From the NCBI GenBank assembly GCA_018971485.1, contig JAGXAQ010000001.1, forward strand, positions 67,371-131,370: 64,000 bases of DNA. Direction: 5' to 3'. Of this stretch, positions 8,223 through 17,155 are shown piece by piece (the stretch's first letter is position 1; each line of letters begins with the position of its first letter). A program made the position numbers and the translations under genes. This DNA is from Pseudomonadota bacterium (GTDB lineage: Bacteria; Pseudomonadota; Gammaproteobacteria; Burkholderiales; REEB80). Below the pieces are notes generated by a model, which was given only the letters and a program-made list of their open reading frames with translations, ran no database searches and was not told the DNA's origin.

Positions 8223-9920
8223 CTATTCATACTGGCTCACCCGAATGGCCTCACGTACACTGGTTCGTCCCGCCAGGACCAGATCCACAGCCTGTTGACG
8301 CAAAGTCTGCCCTCCCATCTGCTGCCCAGCCAGTCCAGAAAAAACAGAAGGTTCCGCATGATACATCGCATCTACCAGTACAGGATTCATTTCCAGCATC
8401 TCATACACGCCAACCCTGCCCTGATATCCCATTCCATTACAATGGGTGCAACCATGCCCCACCATGCATTGTCTGGGCACAGGCTTTCCATCAAGCTGTC
8501 GCGACAACCAGTCATCTTCCGCCTCGCTCAGGTTTTCAGGATGGGCACAGCTCTCGCATATCAGGCGAATCAGGCGCTGTGCAATCACGGCCACAAGCGA
8601 CATGCCTATCATATAGCGGGGAACCCCCATATCTAGCAGCCGCATTGGAGTTCCGGCAGCATCATTGGTATGAAGGGTAGACAGCACCAAATGTCCGGTA
8701 AGTGCTGCCCGCATGCTGATTTGAGCTGTTTCAGGATCCCGTATCTCTCCAACAAGCAGGATATCCGGATCCTGACGCAGCGTTGATCGAAGCACACGGG
8801 TAAAATCCAGGCCAATCTTCTCATTAACCTGAACCTGAGTTATGCCAGAAAGGCGATACTCAATTGGATCCTCTACGGTAATAATCTTTGTTTCGGTACT
8901 ATTCAGTTCAGAAAGCGCTGCATATAACGTAGTAGTTTTACCCGATCCGGTTGGGCCTGTAACCAGAACAAGCCCATGAGGCCGATCAAGCAGACGCCGC
9001 ATACGGGTCAAAATATGATCACCCATCCCCAATTCGGAGAGTGAACTCTTTGCTGCCTCTCGCCCAAGAAGACGCATCACCACAGATTCACCGTAAGGAG
9101 TAGGCATAGTGGATAGCCGAACATCTACCAGTCCATTACGAAGCTTGATATTAAAGCGTCCATCCTGTGGTAGCCGTTTCTCAGAAATGTCTAACCCGGA
9201 AATCAGTTTCAGCCGCAGCGCAACCGCCGGGGCAATTTTAATATCTGATTCATTTTGCACATGCAGCATACCATCAATACGAAAACGTACGATTAACCGA
9301 TCTTCTCTGGGTTCAATATGAATATCAGAAGCATGAACCTGCCATGCATCCTCGAAGACACTATACAAAAATCGAGCAACCGGTGCATCCTCACCTGTCT
9401 GGGCTAAATCCGTCACACTGAACAAACGGGTTTGTTCTCCCAGATCCTCAACCAGTTCCTGGGCCAGCCCGGAAATTTCCTGGGTTCTTCTATAAATCCG
9501 GTCAATGGTCTGTAACAGTAGAGTCTCGGTTACCACAGCCAGCGAAATATCCCGTTTCAAGGAACGAACGATTTCATCGTAGGCAAATAAATCAGTTGGA
9601 TCAGCCATCCCAATCAAGCAATCCTTGCTTCGATCTTCAAGAAGGATTGCCCGGAACCGCCGAGCCAGGGTCTCGGGAAGAAGCACGCTGATTTTTGGTT
9701 GAATGTTATAAAACTTCAAATTGATATAAGGAATACCCATTTGTCGAGCAAGGGCCTCTGACAAACTTTCTTCCGTAACGAGGCCAAGTTCAACAAAAAC
9801 ACGGCCTAAACGGCGCCCACTTTGACGCTGTGACTCTAGCGCTTCAGCAAGCTGTTCCTCGGTAATCACTTTTTGCTGAACCAGCAGTTCGCCTAAGCGA
9901 ACCTTTTCTGGACGCGCCAT
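8223..9920 (-). CDS. mshE: Pilus assembly ATPase, GspE/PilB family (MshE) with an N-terminal MshEN-type domain
   Basis: 565 aa with Walker A GPTGSGKTTT and a tetracysteine CESC...CTHC. The N-terminus carries two tandem RLGxx(hh)xx(G)(hh)xxxxLxxxLxxQ motifs. Confidence 0.9.
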   Translation of the reverse strand: MARPEKVRLGELLVQQKVITEEQLAEALESQRQSGRRLGRVFVELGLVTEESLSEALARQMGIPYINLKFYNIQPKISVLLPETLARRFRAILLEDRSKDCLIGMADPTDLFAYDEIVRSLKRDISLAVVTETLLLQTIDRIYRRTQEISGLAQELVEDLGEQTRLFSVTDLAQTGEDAPVARFLYSVFEDAWQVHASDIHIEPREDRLIVRFRIDGMLHVQNESDIKIAPAVALRLKLISGLDISEKRLPQDGRFNIKLRNGLVDVRLSTMPTPYGESVVMRLLGREAAKSSLSELGMGDHILTRMRRLLDRPHGLVLVTGPTGSGKTTTLYAALSELNSTETKIITVEDPIEYRLSGITQVQVNEKIGLDFTRVLRSTLRQDPDILLVGEIRDPETAQISMRAALTGHLVLSTLHTNDAAGTPMRLLDMGVPRYMIGMSLVAVIAQRLIRLICESCAHPENLSEAEDDWLSRQLDGKPVPRQCMVGHGCTHCNGMGYQGRVGVYEMLEMNPVLVDAMYHAEPSVFSGLAGQQMGGQTLRQQAVDLVLAGRTSVREAIRVSQYE

Positions 9921-9982
9921 ATGCCCCCTTTTTTATAAGCACGTGTAAAATTAATTCTTTTTATAGTGTTAGGCAACCCATC

Positions 9983-10447
9983 ATGTTTAACGTTATCCTT
10001 TTTGAACCTGAAATTCCGCCTAATACCGGCAACATTATCAGGCTTTGTGCAAACTGTGGAGCAAATTTACACCTGGTTCAGCCACTTGGATTTAAACTGG
10101 ATGACAACAAGCTCAAAAGAGCCGGGCTGGATTACCACGAGTTTACAGCCATACATGTTCACCAGAACTGGGAAACAACCTTAGCCGCATTCCAGGAAGA
10201 GCGCCTGTTCGCTTTCTCGACCCGTGCCAAACTAAACTATACTGACGTATTATTTAAACCTAACGATACCTTCGTGTTTGGTCCCGAATCCAGGGGGCTC
10301 CCCCTCTCTATTCTCGACAGTTTTGAGACTGGTTCAAAACTAAGATTACCCATGCTCCCTCATTCCAGAAGCCTCAATCTCTCTAATACCGTTGCAATTG
10401 TTTTATATGAAGCTTGGCGACAGCAGGGGTTTTTAGGGGGGGCTTAA
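9983..10447 (+). CDS. trmL: tRNA (cytidine/uridine-34 2'-O)-methyltransferase TrmL (SpoU family)
   Basis: 154 aa. MFNVILFEPEIPPNTGNIIRLCAN...RSLNLSNTVAIVLYEAWRQ matches E. coli YibK/TrmL end to end (from memory). Confidence 0.9.
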   Translation: MFNVILFEPEIPPNTGNIIRLCANCGANLHLVQPLGFKLDDNKLKRAGLDYHEFTAIHVHQNWETTLAAFQEERLFAFSTRAKLNYTDVLFKPNDTFVFGPESRGLPLSILDSFETGSKLRLPMLPHSRSLNLSNTVAIVLYEAWRQQGFLGGA

Positions 10448-11439
10448 TAATTGATCTCTTCCTTCGGCTCGCGCTCCAGAAGAGACTGAACAGCCAGTCT
10501 CGGAGTCAGAATACCCTCAATCACCTTTACAACAGCATCAACTATGGGCATCTCAACACGGTGGGATATGGCCAACTTCTGGATCTCCAGGGCAGCTGGA
10601 ACACCCTCCGCAACATGTCCAAGTGCAACCAGGATATTCTGCAGATTCATACCTTGAGCAAGCATCAACCCTACCCGGCGGTTTCTGGACAAATCGCCTG
10701 TGCAGGTCAGCACAAGATCCCCTACTCCAGCTAGCCCCATCACCGTTTCTGCACGCCCACCTAATGCGGCTGACAACCGGGCCATTTCAGCAATCCCTCG
10801 GGTCATCATCGCCGCACGAGCATTATATCCAAGTGCCAGCCCATCTGATATTCCAGCAGCAATTGCCAGGACATTTTTAACAGCACCGCCAATCTCAACC
10901 CCAATTACATCCGGACTGGAATACACACGCATTTGTTTATGATGCAAAGCTTGTGCAATTGCGAGTCTGATATGGGCAAAAGGAGACGCCAGCGTAACAG
11001 CAACTGGTAAACCACGGGCCACTTCCTCACTAAAACTTGGGCCTGACAAAACACCATAAGAACAAACCGGACCGGAAAAGACTTCCCGGATAATTTCATG
11101 AGCAAAACGTCCTGTGCCCTCCTCCAATCCTTTTGATCCCCAGATAACAGGAACCTGGACACCCAGCTTTGCCAGCCGATCAAAAATCTCTCGCAACCCC
11201 TTTACCGGAACTGTGCAGAGTACAAAATCAGCCGAGTCCACTGCCTCTTCCATCAAGGACGTAACATGAATCCGGTCAGAAAGAATAAAGCCAGGAAGAT
11301 AACGGGTATTTTCCCGTTGCATGTACAGCGTCGAAATCTGGGCAGGGTTACGTACCCATAAACGAACATCATGTCTGCCGCACTGATTGATAGCTAAGGC
11401 AGTGCCCCAGGCGCCAGCACCAAGAATGGCTATTTTCAT
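10444..11439 (-). CDS. gpsA: NAD(P)H-dependent glycerol-3-phosphate dehydrogenase
   Basis: The ORF track gives 10444..11466. Start refined to MKIAILGAGAWGTALA, with GGAGAGG 2-3 nt upstream. Sits in the conserved secB-gpsA neighbourhood. Confidence 0.9.
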   Translation of the reverse strand: MKIAILGAGAWGTALAINQCGRHDVRLWVRNPAQISTLYMQRENTRYLPGFILSDRIHVTSLMEEAVDSADFVLCTVPVKGLREIFDRLAKLGVQVPVIWGSKGLEEGTGRFAHEIIREVFSGPVCSYGVLSGPSFSEEVARGLPVAVTLASPFAHIRLAIAQALHHKQMRVYSSPDVIGVEIGGAVKNVLAIAAGISDGLALGYNARAAMMTRGIAEMARLSAALGGRAETVMGLAGVGDLVLTCTGDLSRNRRVGLMLAQGMNLQNILVALGHVAEGVPAALEIQKLAISHRVEMPIVDAVVKVIEGILTPRLAVQSLLEREPKEEINY

Positions 11440-11528
11440 AACCTCTCCATCTTGGCCAGGCGACAAACAATTCTCTCTATAAACATAAGCATTTCATAAA
11501 TCATGACATCTCAGGAAACAAATAAAAA

Positions 11529-11975
11529 TCAGTCATTTTTAGCTTCTTGTTGCGCCTTAAGCTGCTCAGCATAAAGGTTTTCAAAATTAACCGGGTTTAA
11601 CAGAACCGGAGGGAAGCCTGCCCGGCTAATCGCTGCAGACACGGCCTCTCGAGCATAAGGAAATAATACCGTTGGGCAAGCGACGCCTAAAACCCCGTTC
11701 AGATTATCTCCTGCTGCGTTTCCTATCTCAAAAATACCGGCCTGGGCAACCTCAACCAAAAATACCACCTTTTCCCCTGCCTTTGCTGTAACACGAACAG
11801 TCAAAACACTCTCATAAATGTCCCCAGTCACTCCACCTGCTGCTGTATTTAGCTCAATCCCTATCTGGGGGGTGGATTGCTCAAAAAAAACACTAGGGCC
11901 ATGAGGCACCTCTAACGACATGTCCTTAACATACAGTTTCTGTATTGAGAATGTGATTTGCTGTTCTTCGCTCAT
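11529..11975 (-). CDS. secB: Protein-export chaperone SecB
   Basis: 148 aa. MSEEQQITFSIQKLYVKDMSLEVPHGP... parallels E. coli SecB. Confidence 0.9.
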   Translation of the reverse strand: MSEEQQITFSIQKLYVKDMSLEVPHGPSVFFEQSTPQIGIELNTAAGGVTGDIYESVLTVRVTAKAGEKVVFLVEVAQAGIFEIGNAAGDNLNGVLGVACPTVLFPYAREAVSAAISRAGFPPVLLNPVNFENLYAEQLKAQQEAKND

Positions 11976-12027
11976 TTCATATCCCTAAATTTTAATATTC
12001 GAATTGATTACAACCTGACTACCTAAA

Positions 12028-12291
12028 TTAATTATCCAAACCATTTAAAAGCGACAATAACTTCCCTGACCTATCCAATGCAGCCAGGTCATCATAGCCT
12101 CCTACATACGTTTCGTTAATGTAAATCTGGGGGACTGTGCGACGCCCTGTCAATCTTTCCATGTTTTCACGTAAATGGGGCTCAAGATCAACCCGAATTT
12201 TATCAATATGCCCCACTCCCCGACTCTTTAGCAGACGTTCTGCCATCATGCAAAATGGGCAAAAACCGGTTGTATACATGACCACTTTCAT
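12028..12291 (-). CDS. grxC: Glutaredoxin 3
   Basis: 87 aa with a CPFC active site and TVPQIYI...GGYDDL. Confidence 0.9.
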   Translation of the reverse strand: MKVVMYTTGFCPFCMMAERLLKSRGVGHIDKIRVDLEPHLRENMERLTGRRTVPQIYINETYVGGYDDLAALDRSGKLLSLLNGLDN

Positions 12292-12711
12292 TTACTCAAC
12301 CCCTGCCTTAACAGGCAATCCGGCATCCTGCCAGGCTTTTATGCCACCTTCCAGACAGAACACCTCGGCCACACCTGCCCGTTTAAGCCGAGAAGCTGCC
12401 AGATGAGCCTGTGATCCATGCTGGCAATAAACCAGAAAACGGATATTTTTCTCATGAAGGAGCCCGTCAATCTGCTTGGGCAATTCATTTAACTCGACAT
12501 GATGGGCCTGCTTAAGGTGGGCACGTTCAAACGACTTCCTGTCACGCAAATCCAACACTTGAACCTTGGAACGATTCAGAAGCACAACTGCTTCAGAGGG
12601 AGAAACCACCTTAAAGCCACCAAACAGTCGTGACAGAGTCGGCCAAACCAAAAAAAATGCGCAGCCTAAAATAAGGATAATAAGCCAAATATTATGAATT
12701 AAAAACTGCAT
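12292..12711 (-). CDS. Membrane-anchored rhodanese-domain sulfurtransferase (YibN-like)
   Basis: The ORF track gives 12292..12738, and Met10 is the likely start. It has an N-terminal TM helix and a rhodanese loop YCQHGSQ. Position upstream of grxC-secB-gpsA matches E. coli yibN. Confidence 0.75.
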   Translation of the reverse strand: MQFLIHNIWLIILILGCAFFLVWPTLSRLFGGFKVVSPSEAVVLLNRSKVQVLDLRDRKSFERAHLKQAHHVELNELPKQIDGLLHEKNIRFLVYCQHGSQAHLAASRLKRAGVAEVFCLEGGIKAWQDAGLPVKAGVE

Positions 12712-13057
12712 GAGCCACCCATTCCATAAATACTGCACAGAACCGCCCTTTCAAATCAAGGGCTTTACCATCTCTATTCTTAACCCTGGCAACAGGAAAA
12801 CATATGGGACTAAATTGTACAACATATCCCTCACCCCCTTCACATCAAGGAATAATGTTCCTTTTACACCTCACCCCATCTCAGGTCTCGCCCAATAAAA
12901 CTGGAGCCAAAAAAAGTAAATTGCCAACCGGGTCTCCCATGCCAAAAAAACCATCCCGTCTTTCAGAGATCTCTTAACGAAGCGTTGGCCATTATGCTAC
13001 TCTTTAGCAAATAAAACTTCGACCTGCTCGTCAACCCACCAAAATTTTTGGCAGATA

Positions 13058-14281
13058 ATGTTTAATACGGCTTCAAGTCATCGTCGATCTTGTTTCACCA
13101 GAACATTAGCTGTCCTATTCATGCTGCTAACTGTCCATCTGGCACTTGCTGCTCCGAAACAAGAACTTCAGGTGATACGCAAACAAATCGGAGCCCTTGA
13201 ACAAAACCGCTTATCCACAAAAAAAACAAGGACAGAGATTCTCAGGGCAATTAAAAAGAGTGCAATTTCGATTAACAATATCAATCATTCACTTGGCCTG
13301 CTAAATCAAAAAAAACAGGCGGTAAACGCCCAACTACTCTCAATAAAACAAAATATACGCCAGATTAGTTCAACTATTATTACCCAACAGCATAATCTGG
13401 ATCTTCAACTACTTCATCAATATGAATCAGGAAAAGAGGAGCAAGCCAGAATCCTGTTTAATGGAGAAAATGCAGGTTCCATCAATCGTGACCTAGTATA
13501 TTACCATTATCTGGCAGAAGCTCGCTCAAATGCGATTCAATCCTTACAAACCAATATAGAAAGACTTAAACAGCTCAACGGTCTGGAAGAATCCAAAAAC
13601 CAGCAAATCAGCGCCATCCAGTCCAGACAGCAGAAACAGCAGCATCAATTGCTTGCTGAAGAAGCCAAACACCAGAAATATGCTGCAGAACTCAACCAGA
13701 GAATTAAGACACAGGATCAGGAAATTGCCAGATTACACCATGATGAACAGAGACTGACCCTGCTCATTAAAAAACTAAATGCCCTGCGACGACAAAGAAT
13801 GGAAAAAAGACATGCAGTTTCCATAAACCGAAAAGGAATTGCAAGCAACAATTATCTACCCAGCGGACGTTATGCCGGCCGTGATTTTGTTAAGCTTCGC
13901 GGACATCTGCGCCTGCCTGTTATCGGTGAAATCATGAACCGGTTTGGATCGCGAAGACCTGAAACAGGAACAATCTGGCATGGAATATTTATCAAGGCCC
14001 CGGAAGGCTCTCCTGTAAAGGCTGTAGCAAGCGGGGAAGTTGTCTATGCGGGCAGTTTAAGAGGATTTGGTAAACTTATCATCATTTCTCATGGGGATGG
14101 CTACATGAGCCTTTATGCTGATAATGAGAAACTCCTCCGTAAAACCGGTGACAAGGTTCAAGCAGGTGATACAATAGCCCTTGTCGGAGCCACTGGCGAC
14201 AACCCTGAACCCGGCCTCTACTTTGAACTTCGTCATCAAAGCGTACCTTTTAATCCATTAAGCTGGAGCAATATACGCTAG
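13058..14281 (+). CDS. envC: Murein hydrolase activator EnvC-like protein (coiled coil plus M23/LytM domain)
   Basis: 407 aa with a signal peptide, a long Gln-rich coiled coil and a C-terminal LytM domain (GIFIKAPEGSPVKAVASGEVVYAG...GFGKLIIISHGDGYMSLY). Confidence 0.8.
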   Translation: MFNTASSHRRSCFTRTLAVLFMLLTVHLALAAPKQELQVIRKQIGALEQNRLSTKKTRTEILRAIKKSAISINNINHSLGLLNQKKQAVNAQLLSIKQNIRQISSTIITQQHNLDLQLLHQYESGKEEQARILFNGENAGSINRDLVYYHYLAEARSNAIQSLQTNIERLKQLNGLEESKNQQISAIQSRQQKQQHQLLAEEAKHQKYAAELNQRIKTQDQEIARLHHDEQRLTLLIKKLNALRRQRMEKRHAVSINRKGIASNNYLPSGRYAGRDFVKLRGHLRLPVIGEIMNRFGSRRPETGTIWHGIFIKAPEGSPVKAVASGEVVYAGSLRGFGKLIIISHGDGYMSLYADNEKLLRKTGDKVQAGDTIALVGATGDNPEPGLYFELRHQSVPFNPLSWSNIR

Positions 14282-14306
14282 AAACAAACTAGTTTTGGAG
14301 AGTTAC

Positions 14307-15704
14307 ATGCGCGTAAAATTTCAACGGCTCGGGCTCATTGCCTTTGGTGTAATTATCGGTGTAATGCTCACCTTAAACTTTCCGGCAATAGCAGACAAAG
14401 TCCAGCCCATTCACCTACCTATTGATGAACTGCACACGTTTGCCAAGGTATTCGGAAAAATAAAATCTGACTATGTAGAACCTGTCAGCGACAAGAAACT
14501 GATTAATGCAGCCATAACAGGCATGGTTTCTGGGCTGGATCCTCACTCAGCTTTTCTTAACCGACAAGAATACAGGGCACTTCAGGTCGATACTCATGGT
14601 GAGTTCGGGGGGCTAGGGATTGAAGTTACTATGGATGAAGGCCTGCTAAAGGTTATTTCACCCATTGAAGATTCCCCAGCCTATAAGGCCGGGATAAAGA
14701 GCGGGGATTTAATTATCAAACTCAACGACACCCCGGTAAAAGGCTTAACACTTGAGGATGCCGTCAAATTAATGCGTGGCAAACCCAATACAAAAATCAT
14801 ATTGACGCTCCTGAGAAAAGGGGCGAACAAACCCCTTGTTATTCCAGTTACGCGCGCCATCATTAAAGTAAAAAGCGTAAAGTACAAGCTGGTAAAACCA
14901 GGTTTTGGCTGGATCCACATCACTGAATTTCAAGAGCGGACCCCTGAGAGCATGGTTCACGCCATTAATGCCCTGTATAAACAGAATAAAGGGCCATTAA
15001 AAGGAATTGTCCTTGATTTGCGAAATGATCCTGGTGGTTTGCTTAATTCTGCTGTTGGAGTCGTATCTGCATTCGTCAAACCAGGTGCCTTAGTCGTTTA
15101 CACCAAAGGACGGACCCCTGACTCTAACATGCACCTGACAGCTAGCCCACAGTATTATCTAGACCAGTCCAATGAAAATGATTACATCAAGGATCTGCCG
15201 GCCTCAGTCAAGCAGGTTCCCCTCGTTGTGCTGATTAATGGCGGGTCAGCCTCAGCTTCAGAAATTGTTGCAGGAGCCTTACAGGATCAAAACCGGGCTA
15301 CCATTATGGGCACCCAATCTTTTGGTAAGGGTTCTGTTCAAACAGTAATTCCCCTTGGCAATGGAACCGCGCTAAAATTAACCACAGCCCGCTATTACAC
15401 ACCTAGTGGCCGCTCCATTCAAGACAGAGGGATTACACCCAATATCGTCGTACATGACCCCAATGGGGAAGATGGTAATCTTCTCGTCAAGGAGGTTGAC
15501 CTGCCACATCATCTGCATAACGATACGCCTGAACCACTCGGGGCGACCCTTAGTCCTGCTCCTTCAAAACCCGTCAATAAAACAAGCTTCCCCCATAAGA
15601 AAGGGAAAAAAATTAAACCGACAATTTTTGGCTCCGCCAATGATTATCAGTTGAAGGAAGCAATCAAGGTCATGCAGGGCATTCATATCGCGGGAGAGAA
15701 ATAA
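14307..15704 (+). CDS. ctpA: Carboxy-terminal processing protease (S41 family, PDZ domain)
   Basis: The ORF track starts at TTG 14295. ATG 14307 has GGAGAG 4 nt upstream. It has a PDZ segment (GIKSGDLIIKLND) and S41 motifs (NGGSASASEIVAGALQD, GKGSVQT). Confidence 0.85.
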   Translation: MRVKFQRLGLIAFGVIIGVMLTLNFPAIADKVQPIHLPIDELHTFAKVFGKIKSDYVEPVSDKKLINAAITGMVSGLDPHSAFLNRQEYRALQVDTHGEFGGLGIEVTMDEGLLKVISPIEDSPAYKAGIKSGDLIIKLNDTPVKGLTLEDAVKLMRGKPNTKIILTLLRKGANKPLVIPVTRAIIKVKSVKYKLVKPGFGWIHITEFQERTPESMVHAINALYKQNKGPLKGIVLDLRNDPGGLLNSAVGVVSAFVKPGALVVYTKGRTPDSNMHLTASPQYYLDQSNENDYIKDLPASVKQVPLVVLINGGSASASEIVAGALQDQNRATIMGTQSFGKGSVQTVIPLGNGTALKLTTARYYTPSGRSIQDRGITPNIVVHDPNGEDGNLLVKEVDLPHHLHNDTPEPLGATLSPAPSKPVNKTSFPHKKGKKIKPTIFGSANDYQLKEAIKVMQGIHIAGEK

Positions 15705-15709
15705 CACCT

Positions 15710-15745
15710 GCTACCGGATATTTTTATCCGGTAGCTTTTTGTTTT
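15710..15745 (+). terminator. Rho-independent terminator after ctpA
   Basis: Perfect 11-bp stem GCTACCGGATA / TATCCGGTAGC with a TTTT loop, followed by TTTTTGTTTT. The T-tract abuts the moeB ATG. Confidence 0.8.
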
Positions 15746-16495
15746 ATGGAAGATACCCAATTATTACGATATAGTCGCCACATCCTGCTTCCCGAGATTG
15801 ACATTGAGGGACAGCAGCGTTTGCTGGCTTCAAAAGTACTATTGGTTGGAGCAGGCGGATTAGGGGCTCCAGCTGCCCTTTATCTGGTTGCAAGTGGGAT
15901 TGGGACACTGACAATCTGTGATCCGGATCATGTCGACCTGACTAACCTGCAACGGCAAATTATTCATACCACAAGTTCAGTTGGTATGAGCAAGGTTCAA
16001 TCAGCCCAAACCACACTAAAACAAATCAACCCTGATGTAAAAATCATCTCCTTAAACGAACGGCTTCAGAATGATCGGTTGAACAAAGAAGTCAAACAAG
16101 CTGATGTGGTAATTGACGCCAGTGATAATTTTTCAACACGTTACGCATTAAATCTCGCATGCGTCCATTACAAGATCCCGCTTGTATCAGGATCAGCTAT
16201 TCGCTTTGATGGGCAAGTTACGGTTTTCAATCATCAGCGGTGGGGCTCACCTTGCTATAACTGCCTGTTCCCAGACATTGGTCAATCTGAAGAATTACGT
16301 TGCTCTGAAACGGGCATCTTTAGCCCGCTGGTCGGAATAATAGGTGCAGTCCAAGCTGCTGAGGCAATCAAGATAATTACAGGAGCCGGCGCCGATCTCA
16401 CAGGACGCCTGCTTTTGCTGAATGCGCTAACAATGGATTGGAAAACCATAAAACTAAAAAAAGACCCAGGCTGTTCAGTTTGCAGCCGTTACTGA
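15746..16495 (+). CDS. moeB: Molybdopterin-synthase adenylyltransferase (ThiF/MoeB family)
   Basis: 249 aa with LLRYSRHILLPEIDIEGQQRL, GAGGLG, and two CxxC pairs (CYNC, CSVC). Confidence 0.8.
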   Translation: MEDTQLLRYSRHILLPEIDIEGQQRLLASKVLLVGAGGLGAPAALYLVASGIGTLTICDPDHVDLTNLQRQIIHTTSSVGMSKVQSAQTTLKQINPDVKIISLNERLQNDRLNKEVKQADVVIDASDNFSTRYALNLACVHYKIPLVSGSAIRFDGQVTVFNHQRWGSPCYNCLFPDIGQSEELRCSETGIFSPLVGIIGAVQAAEAIKIITGAGADLTGRLLLLNALTMDWKTIKLKKDPGCSVCSRY

Positions 16496-17059
16496 AGCAG
16501 AACCAACAAACGCCAACCATTCCTTTGGCCATTCACCCAACGGGGAACGCCTGAAATCACTAGATGAGTACTGGTACCATCGGCCTACGACAAAACATAA
16601 GAGCATGTTGGCAAACGCAGGAGCCATCAAGGGAATCTCATTTACTTGAGTCAGGCTTTGCTCAAGGGTGCGCTCCAATTTCTCTTGTAATTGAGCAACA
16701 CGTCCACGCAAACGGCTATCTTCACCCACAACTGCCTCTCCAGTCAAAACCCGGGTCATCCCGGGATTTTTTTCTGAAAAACTCAGAAGCATTGCAATAA
16801 TCTTTTCTACCTGACGCAATGCATCAGGTTCCTCCGAACGAATTTTTTGAACCAGCCAAAAAATTGCATTTTCAATATAATCCAGTAAGGCCATATACAT
16901 TTGGGCCTTACTGGCAAAATGCCGATAAAGGGCAGCCTCAGACACATTAAGCCTTGATGCAATGGCTGCAGTGGTAATTTTCTCAGGCCTGGGCACCTGT
17001 AACATATCGGCCAAAACCTGAAGTATCTGCTTTTTTCGGTCATTTGGCTTAGAGGCCAT
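16475..17059 (-). CDS. slmA: TetR-family nucleoid occlusion factor SlmA
   Basis: 194 aa. ...ITTAAIASRLNVSEAALYRHFASKAQMYMALLDYIE parallels E. coli SlmA. The 3' end overlaps the moeB 3' end by 21 nt (convergent). Confidence 0.75.
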   Translation of the reverse strand: MASKPNDRKKQILQVLADMLQVPRPEKITTAAIASRLNVSEAALYRHFASKAQMYMALLDYIENAIFWLVQKIRSEEPDALRQVEKIIAMLLSFSEKNPGMTRVLTGEAVVGEDSRLRGRVAQLQEKLERTLEQSLTQVNEIPLMAPAFANMLLCFVVGRWYQYSSSDFRRSPLGEWPKEWLAFVGSASVTAAN

Positions 17060-17155
17060 GATTATTCTTCCCCTATATCACAATGGGTTTAATCCTGACA
17101 CGACATGTTTTAAATAGCAATAAAATTGGACCCACTCACAACAATGCACCTGTTA

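Noticed and set aside
8198-8680. 160-aa plus-strand ORF, and similar long ORFs at 26926..27420 (-), 49861..50319 (+), 35708..36046 (-), 20441..20821 (+) and 62434..62853 (-).
   Set aside because: Each lies entirely antisense to a well-supported conserved gene (mshE, ahcY, ugd, phoU, hslU, ClC). Their compositions are low-complexity or Pro/Ser/Arg-rich, typical of shadow ORFs, and I recognised no motifs.
12739-13057. A 320-bp divergent spacer between the rhodanese gene and envC, where E. coli carries gpmM. I considered a decayed gpmI pseudogene, and the 62-aa ORF at 12710..12898.
   Set aside because: No reading frame shows phosphoglycerate-mutase-like peptides. The 62-aa ORF is Pro/Thr-rich, has no SD and overlaps the rhodanese start. 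The spacer is most simply a divergent promoter region.
13211-13219. Perfect DnaA box TTATCCACA.
   Set aside because: It is a single copy inside the envC coding sequence, with no clustered boxes or AT-rich unwinding element. It is expected by chance.
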